A stretch of 64,000 nt of DNA, taken from NCBI GenBank assembly GCA_041601615.1, contig JBFIHX010000004.1, positions 1-64,000 on the forward strand, read 5' to 3'. Shown piece after piece: positions 57,840 to 64,000 of this stretch. The notes under the pieces were generated by a model. The model was not told where the DNA came from. It saw only the letters and a list, made by a program, of their open reading frames with translations, and did no database searches. The position numbers and the translations under genes were made by a program. Source of the DNA: Thermoplasmatota archaeon. Lineage in GTDB: Archaea > Thermoplasmatota > E2 > JACPAO01 > JAHFTW01. The first letter of the stretch is position 1, and every line of letters starts with the position of its first letter.

Positions 57840-58180
57840 CGGGGTGGCCGAGCGTAGCGAGTGCCGCCCGGAATGATCGACCTTTTCGAAGGTCGTGGCA
57901 GTGTAACATACAATCTAGGTAGATTAGCGTCTAATTACCTGGAGTATTATATACATGGCTGTGACAAACGAGGAAGTTCGCCGGAGTGAGTTTCGAAAGA
58001 AACGCCAGGGCGAAGCCTCGGCTCCTTAAGATGAGCGAAAATTTCGCTCATATTTCCGGGACCGAGCAAGGCTGCGGTGTATCTTCTATTGCACTGAGGC
58101 GGACGAAAAAGCAAGCATTGAAGCCCAGGCTCCCGGAGGCGTCCTTTGGAGTCAGCAAAACCGGTGTCTTCGTGCTTGCA

Positions 58181-58738
58181 ATGGGGCATGTTGGGCTCAT
58201 ATCGTGGTTGCTTCGGCCCGCACTATTGTACAAGAGAACCCTCGGCCGAGCCACATACGCTGGCGACGCCTTGGCCCACAATTTCGGGCAGCAACGACGC
58301 GCCGGAGTCACCTTGCTTGCACAACGCCACCTCGACCACGGGCGCCCGCGCCGCGCCCTTAGACTTGCCCAACGAAGCACCGCATTGAATCCCCTTCACT
58401 CAGACGCTTTGCGCATCCAAGCTGACGCGCTCCTTCAGGGCATTGAGCAAGAATCAGTAGACGACCCGGCCCGGCGTGACGTGCTTGATGAAGTCAGTCA
58501 AGCACTCGAACGCGCTGCCCGAGCCGCCATCACCGACCCCTGTTCTCTGCGCATCATGCTGGTCGTCGTCGTCGAATTCCACGCCGCCATGGGCAATTAT
58601 GGCACGGCCCAAGAAGTCCTCGAATCCGCTGCATCCATCGACCCGCACCTGACTAGAGCGTTTCTGGCCACCAAGCCCTGGGCACAGCGGCTTCACGCTG
58701 CCCCTGCCACATGGCAAGGTGGCGCCGAAATCAGTTAA
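58181..58738 (+). CDS. TPR-like helical repeat protein
   Basis: ALRLAQRSTALNP, GNYGTAQEVLESAASIDP; start uncertain. Confidence 0.55.
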   Translation: MGHVGLISWLLRPALLYKRTLGRATYAGDALAHNFGQQRRAGVTLLAQRHLDHGRPRRALRLAQRSTALNPLHSDALRIQADALLQGIEQESVDDPARRDVLDEVSQALERAARAAITDPCSLRIMLVVVVEFHAAMGNYGTAQEVLESAASIDPHLTRAFLATKPWAQRLHAAPATWQGGAEIS

Positions 58739-58986
58739 TCACGATCGACTCGGAGACTTCGCCGGGCAGCTTCCAGTGCATCCTTGGCTGAAGCTGGCGC
58801 ATCCATGCCTCGAAGTGAAGTAGAATCGAGAACAAGCCGCAGGTCCCGCCGGACAGCCTCCTCCACGGCCGCACGGACGTAGCTGCTCGGGTTCGGAGCC
58901 AACCCCGGACGCAGGTGCAAAAGCTCCTCCACATCGCCTCGAAGTGGAACTGGTAACGACACCTTCCAAGACCGAGCATCCTCCAT
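58735..58986 (-). CDS. ribbon-helix-helix (CopG-like) DNA-binding protein
   Basis: KVSLPVPLRGDVEELL...NPSSYVRAAVEE. Confidence 0.6.
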   Translation of the reverse strand: MEDARSWKVSLPVPLRGDVEELLHLRPGLAPNPSSYVRAAVEEAVRRDLRLVLDSTSLRGMDAPASAKDALEAARRSLRVDRD

Positions 58987-59167
58987 CCAGTATGCCCACC
59001 CCTTGGCCCAACTTAACCAAACCCAAATCCCCAATCGGCCCATAATCGCCTAACTCGATTTTATAGTTACTCCATATATGCTCCTTTGCAGGTGCATTGT
59101 TGCCCTGTGCGGCTTGTCGTGCCCGACTCACCACCCCGCAAGGGGCACCACCCAAAGGCAAGGCACG

Positions 59168-59317
59168 ATGAGCAAGAAGTCCGCCACCGCAAACCATTGT
59201 CGGGTTTGCAAACTGCAACCAGAGGAGGTCCTGGATTGCACGCATCGGCGCACGGCGGCACAACTCGTGGGTTGGCGTCGATGCACCTCCTCCCTTTGGC
59301 ATTGGAGCAAACAATGA
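59168..59317 (+). CDS. tiny Cys/His-rich protein (49 aa)
   Basis: HCRVC...CTH...C; ATGA-coupled to the next ORF. Confidence 0.35.
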   Translation: MSKKSATANHCRVCKLQPEEVLDCTHRRTAAQLVGWRRCTSSLWHWSKQ

Positions 59318-59616
59318 CTGCAAATAATCCCCCGCGCCCGCATTGCACAGGAACAGGCCGAAGACGACCGCACGACCGAAAAATTCCCGATGACCTACTC
59401 GCGCCCATAGATGGTGCGAGATGGGAAAGCTTCGCGACTCCAGAAACAACACCGGGCGAAAGGACCCTCTTAGCGGGACTGGATAACGGCACATGGGGCC
59501 TCTGGCGTCGACCGAATCAAAGCGTCTACGTGAGCGGCCCCGGCGGCGAGCCTATTCCAGTTGATTCGAAAAAGTGGCCCTTGGATCGATTGCAAAGGGC
59601 GTTTGATGACGGGTAA
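59314..59616 (+). CDS. hypothetical protein (100 aa)
   Basis: ATG overlaps the previous stop; GGAG upstream. Confidence 0.45.
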   Translation: MTANNPPRPHCTGTGRRRPHDRKIPDDLLAPIDGARWESFATPETTPGERTLLAGLDNGTWGLWRRPNQSVYVSGPGGEPIPVDSKKWPLDRLQRAFDDG

Positions 59617-60160
59617 TGCCGACGTTTGCTCCAAAAATGACTTGGCCTGTGAATCGTCGCTACCGGCCGATATGAATTGTGTGGAGCCAGTAGCGGCGGT
59701 CAAGTCAAGGTCAGTAGAACCGGGATCGATACGAATTCTGGCGGCATTAGCCCAAGGCGAAGTGTGTTCAGTCGCAGAAATTGCAAAGCGCCTGGATTTG
59801 CACGCAAAGACCATTGCGTACCATTCCTTAATCCTCGAGCAGGCTGGTGCACTTCGACGAACACCGTGGGGGCGCGAGACACTTCTGCACCGACATGTCC
59901 GCTCCCCTTCCGAGGCTATCGTTCTCCGGTTGTTGCAAGACCCGATACGACACCGAATGTTGGATTTTCTCGGCCAGCGGCCAGTGCAGCAGACAGAATT
60001 GGCACATGCGGCTGGTTCGAAGCCTTTCGCTGCCTATCGGTTATTGCGAGAACTTGTGTCGCGGGATCTTGTAGACGTCACGGCAGGGCCGCGCCGAATC
60101 TACAAGGCAAAACGGTCGTTGATTGATATTCTCCATGCGGCTGCCTCAAAAACGCAATAA
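59606..60160 (+). CDS. tandem ArsR-like winged-helix regulator
   Basis: RILAAL..SVAEIAKRLDLHAKTIAYH and second HTH DPIRHRML..QTELA; start uncertain. Confidence 0.75.
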   Translation: MTGNADVCSKNDLACESSLPADMNCVEPVAAVKSRSVEPGSIRILAALAQGEVCSVAEIAKRLDLHAKTIAYHSLILEQAGALRRTPWGRETLLHRHVRSPSEAIVLRLLQDPIRHRMLDFLGQRPVQQTELAHAAGSKPFAAYRLLRELVSRDLVDVTAGPRRIYKAKRSLIDILHAAASKTQ

Positions 60161-60277
60161 TGCAATAGATTGAGGCCAATATATTGGCCGTAAACCGTCA
60201 GGTTTTGCAGATTGGGAGTATGCAAGCTATGTACCTGGCGCCAATCCTTGATTGCCCGACAACGGGCAGTGATTCAA

Positions 60278-61924
60278 GTGAAAGCCATACCGTATGCAGC
60301 CATCCTCGCCCTTGTGCTGGCGAACGTAGGCCCAACAACCGCAAGCATCCCCACGGACTTCCTGGTCCCTGCCGGGGAAACTGTCTTCCTTTCTGGTGTT
60401 GTCAACGCAGACACAATTCGAATTGATGGAACCGTTCATGCCGTAGGCGACCTTACGCTGGTCGCTCAATCTATCGTGATCGGATCATCGGCCCAAATCT
60501 TGGGCAATGATGGCTTGGGCTACGTTGGATATGCTGATGGAGCCAACCTCGCATTCAAGGCGACCCAAGCCCTGGAAATTCTGGGAGTCATCAAGGCTGG
60601 ACACGGCGCCGACATGCCACACTCCCCGGAGTTTGTGGGTGCCGATGGCGGTGAAGGCGGTAGCGTCTATGTCCATGCCCCCTACATTTCAGTCTTCGAC
60701 GGGGCATACCTGGCTCCGGGCCACGGCGGCCAGGGGGCAGCAGTCACGGCCGTTGCGCCCCCCGCCGGTACCGTCGTTTCCGGTGGCAACGGTGGCAACG
60801 CTGGCATTGTGCTCCTCGACGGAACGCTGAGCCTCCCCGAAGGCGGCTCGACCTTTGGCGCAGCCAATGGCGGCGAAGGCGGCCTTGCATCCAGTTCGGA
60901 CTCTGGACTAAGCACCATCGTCCTTGGCGGCAGCGGCGGCGACGGCGGCCTAGTCGCCACCACCGATCTAGCGTTCAGTTCCCACGCGCCCGAAACCGGC
61001 TACACGCTGTTTCTTGACCTATTGAACGTGGATTCGCTAGGTTGGGTCACGGCGACGGGACAATATGTGCCCGACGCACAAGGAAATGATAAAGCCTTGA
61101 CTCCCACCGAAGAACTTCTCAATATTAATTTCAACCCCCCACGAAAACCGAAGGACCCTATTGGTCCGCCTCCAGACCCCATGGCAGTGGCTGAATTCGT
61201 TTGGTCCCTGATTCCAGACCCTTCCGGCTACCTTGACAATCTTCCGGACCCCTTCGAATTGCTGCCTGAAGATCTTCCAAACCCGATGGATTATCTTCCT
61301 GAGGATTTGCCTCTGCCTGAAAACCTCCCTTTGCCTGGCGGGATTGGCCCCCTTTGCGATCAAGGAATTACGACAAGGTGCCTTGTTACACTCATCGGCA
61401 TTGAGGACGAAAGCGGCGGATGCGGCCGAGGTGCAGATGGAAAGGACGCATCAAACACCGGGGCCCCGGGAGGCAATGGCGGCAAGGGAGCCCCGGGACC
61501 GTCGGGAACCACCATGGGAGGAACCGGGGGCCCTGGCGGCGGAGGCAATCCCGGCGGTGGAGCTGAAGCCAAAGGGGGCGACGGTGGAAAAGGAAGGTGC
61601 TTCTTTGCCCGGGGCGGCGATGGCGGCGATGGCACAGCCATAGGCGAAGATGGGGGAGATGGAGGCATCGGCGGAGATGGAGGCTCTTCCAGCCTCATAG
61701 GCGGCCCTGGTGGGCGAGGAGGCAGTTGCGGTGCAGGGGGCCTTGCGACGGGCACGGGTGGAAAAGGCGGATCTGGTGGAACCTTTGGGGCCCCAGGATC
61801 GCCGGGGAAGGGCTCCAGCACCCCCGGAATACCTGGACAAGGAGGAAACGGTGGCGAAGGGGGCCCAGGATTGATTCCGGGACCTAGCGGAGCCGGCGGA
61901 GGTTGTAGCGCAGACTCCGTGTAA
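60278..61924 (+). CDS. secreted glycine-rich (PGRS/collagen-like) protein
   Basis: signal peptide, GG.GG repeats, Pro-rich LP(D/E/N) linker, long G-x-G-G C-terminal region. Confidence 0.78.
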   Translation: MKAIPYAAILALVLANVGPTTASIPTDFLVPAGETVFLSGVVNADTIRIDGTVHAVGDLTLVAQSIVIGSSAQILGNDGLGYVGYADGANLAFKATQALEILGVIKAGHGADMPHSPEFVGADGGEGGSVYVHAPYISVFDGAYLAPGHGGQGAAVTAVAPPAGTVVSGGNGGNAGIVLLDGTLSLPEGGSTFGAANGGEGGLASSSDSGLSTIVLGGSGGDGGLVATTDLAFSSHAPETGYTLFLDLLNVDSLGWVTATGQYVPDAQGNDKALTPTEELLNINFNPPRKPKDPIGPPPDPMAVAEFVWSLIPDPSGYLDNLPDPFELLPEDLPNPMDYLPEDLPLPENLPLPGGIGPLCDQGITTRCLVTLIGIEDESGGCGRGADGKDASNTGAPGGNGGKGAPGPSGTTMGGTGGPGGGGNPGGGAEAKGGDGGKGRCFFARGGDGGDGTAIGEDGGDGGIGGDGGSSSLIGGPGGRGGSCGAGGLATGTGGKGGSGGTFGAPGSPGKGSSTPGIPGQGGNGGEGGPGLIPGPSGAGGGCSADSV

Positions 61925-61983
61925 TCCCGTGCGCATTATCCTTATCCCTCTTTGCCCATCCCGACTCTACCAAAGGTGACTAC

Positions 61984-63120
61984 ATGTCTTGGCCCCCATA
62001 CCTCATTCTTGCCCTCATGCTCTCGATTTCAGGTTGCAGTTCTAAATCTCAAGTTGAAGATAATCAATCCCCATTGCCATTCACAAATGATCGCGAGCTT
62101 CCAGATTCAATCCATTGGTTCGATACATCGTCCAATGGCGCAGCAGGCAACCGGATGACCTTGGCAACGAGCGAAGGTATCCTCGCAATGGACCAACCTC
62201 TAGAGCCGTGGACAATCCACACAATCTACGGAGCGGAATTTGAAAATCGGACCACTTTTTTGCCGGATGCTGAACCTTGGAATCTTGTAGCTGCGATGGG
62301 TCCACGAGGCCCAGTCATTGCCTACCGGAGCCCCCAATATGCGATGTATGTAGCCGAATGGGATGGCTCAGATTGGGCGCGAGGAACATTGATCCCCCCT
62401 CCCGGCGAAATCTACGGGTTTCCGACTTTGGCAGGTTCCGAGGAAGAACTCATGCTGAGTTTTCCAGTGCTTTCCTCATTCCTGAACGAGCCCCGATACA
62501 GTGTACTCCGCCTTACAAATGGAATATTAGCTGATTTATCTATCAGCGAACGATTGGATTTCCCAACTATTCCAATATTAAGCCAAGGAGCTATGTATTT
62601 AGAACATGAAACATTGACTTTCGCGTTTGCCCGTAATTTATCAACAGTGGAGGTGCGGACTTCACTCTGGCAAGACCTCGCCAAAACCCCTGCGATAGAA
62701 CTTCAAGGCCCCAATCCTGACGGACTACCACAATCATACTATACAGAAATAGCGAAAAAAGAAGATGGTGGATTTGTCATTGCAATCACTGCATGGGAAG
62801 CTTTTTTCTTGACGGAAACAGGCCTTCGCGACGCCATCATTTATGATCTTGGAGAAGAAACGGCAACATCAATCCAGACCAGAGACATAGTTGCCGTGCG
62901 GACCACCCCCCTAGGCGTGGCGGTTGTCCGAACCGATGCACAGGCCACCCACCACATCCAGATCTTGGGTTCGGGCAAGGATGTGGATATTGCGCAGTCC
63001 GACTGTACCCGATTCTCAATTTTGCCGGATGCGAAAACAATCACGCTAACCACTCGTGAAGGCCAATGGGAATCCCAGTTTGGACTTCTCCCAGACAATA
63101 TCCAAACCTGTAGTCCTTGA
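61984..63120 (+). CDS. lipoprotein, probable beta-rich fold
   Basis: ISGC lipobox; AT-richer codon usage. Confidence 0.65.
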   Translation: MSWPPYLILALMLSISGCSSKSQVEDNQSPLPFTNDRELPDSIHWFDTSSNGAAGNRMTLATSEGILAMDQPLEPWTIHTIYGAEFENRTTFLPDAEPWNLVAAMGPRGPVIAYRSPQYAMYVAEWDGSDWARGTLIPPPGEIYGFPTLAGSEEELMLSFPVLSSFLNEPRYSVLRLTNGILADLSISERLDFPTIPILSQGAMYLEHETLTFAFARNLSTVEVRTSLWQDLAKTPAIELQGPNPDGLPQSYYTEIAKKEDGGFVIAITAWEAFFLTETGLRDAIIYDLGEETATSIQTRDIVAVRTTPLGVAVVRTDAQATHHIQILGSGKDVDIAQSDCTRFSILPDAKTITLTTREGQWESQFGLLPDNIQTCSP

Positions 63121-63680
63121 GCGAAAACGGCCATCCGACCCCACCAACGCTCTCACAGCCAAGCCGGGCCTCGATTCCCTTATGGGGCCCGTGACGACTT
63201 ACTGCCAGAGATCCCGGAGGGCGACGGCGTGAATCCTCGCCACGCGGCCATCCCGGCCGAATACAGCTCCTTGCACTGCGCCGCCGGCTGCCCACGCTGC
63301 AAAACTCCAGAAGGAACCATGCAATGCAGCCAAGACGCCGCTTGGCGAGCATTGGCAATGCTTCAAGCCCAGGCACGGCAAGCCACTGAATCCACGCGCC
63401 CTGAATCCCCTATGGGAGCCAAGAAGCCGGAGCTATGGTCTTGCAAAGGACATCCTCAAACTCCCTTGAATTCACCTGAGCCACACAGGCCGCAGGCAGA
63501 GCGCATATCTTGACGGTGCAGGAACTAGTACCGGAACGGCCATGAGTCTCAACGCATTGCCACGACCTAGGCCTCCCCGTCAAACGACCACTCCATTCAA
63601 CACCTCCCTTTGAAGTGTAGCATCCCGGAAAGTCGTACTTGGACGCTATCTGGCATCGACCTTTTTCAAGGTCGTTGGAA

Positions 63681-63752
63681 TGGGACGACGTGCTACCCAA
63701 AGTCGAGCGCATGCGTCGGGTCGGGCAAGTGGGCCTCGGTTCGTTTTCGTAG
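63681..63752 (+). repeat. right 72-bp direct repeat (displaced nucS 3' end, putative attR)
   Basis: encodes the same WDDVLPKVERMRRVGQVGLGSFS* as 57768-57839. Confidence 0.9.
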
Positions 63753-64000
63753 CTACGACGGAATCGGATGCGCTCCGTCGTTCAGGTATGTCCAGCCTTC
63801 ATCCGGGACAAACCGGTAGAAGTTGGTGTTGATGATCTCGAATTCCTGTTCTAGGACCACCGAAACACTTGTGGATCCAGGGAAGACGCGCAACAGGAAG
63901 GACTCGTATCCGATGCCGTTGTATTCCTCGATGGTCGTGCCGTTGACCAACAGTGTTTGCGGGCTGCCACCGTCCACTGTCGCGTAGTTGCTCGCGACGG
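63753..64000 (-). CDS. C-terminal part of a further carboxypeptidase-regulatory-like family paralog (runs off the window)
   Basis: DGGSPQTL..LRVFPG..EQEFEI..FY..P.EGW aligns with the end of 55675-56529. Confidence 0.75.
   Translation of the reverse strand, partial: VASNYATVDGGSPQTLLVNGTTIEEYNGIGYESFLLRVFPGSTSVSVVLEQEFEIINTNFYRFVPDEGWTYLNDGAHPIPS

Larger units (their letters stand above)
57840..63680. mobile_element. genomic island inserted in the 3' end of nucS, no integrase recognised
   Basis: flanking direct repeats, terminal palindromes, visibly more AT-rich codon usage, RHH/HTH and surface-protein cargo. Confidence 0.75.

Noticed and set aside
63121-63680. Possible integrase remnant at the right end of the island
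   Set aside because: No tyrosine (R..HxxR..Y) or serine recombinase motifs seen in the frames examined; only a short doubtful Cys-containing ORF (63229-63513).

Overview
GC-rich archaeal chromosome segment, most consistent with Thermoplasmatota (inferred from gene content: archaeal proteasome/exosome superoperon, aEF-1A, KEOPS Pcc1, NucS, many lipobox and PGF-CTERM-like surface proteins). 0-13 kb: GPN GTPase, purD, pyrE, a tandem PKD-lipoprotein array and the psmA-SBDS-rrp4-rrp41-rrp42-rpl37Ae-rpoP-pcc1 superoperon, which is interrupted by a 1.6 kb insert. 13-34 kb: tuf-rpsJ, secreted peptidases (M28, M14, S8), several small Cys-rich secreted proteins, pterin enzymes and thiolase/DUF35. 34.5-37.3 kb: a DUF692 (MNIO) enzyme, its partner and a candidate CxxC precursor, i.e. 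a putative archaeal RiPP/metal-response locus. 44-52 kb: redox and cytochrome c maturation genes and mutY. 57.8-63.7 kb: a ~5.8 kb island with no recognisable integrase, inserted in the 3' end of nucS. It is flanked by a 72-bp direct repeat that differs only at silent positions and carries the same 18-bp palindrome inside both ends. No tRNA, rRNA or CRISPR array was recognised. All calls are from visual motif recognition, not database searches; start codons were adjusted by eye.
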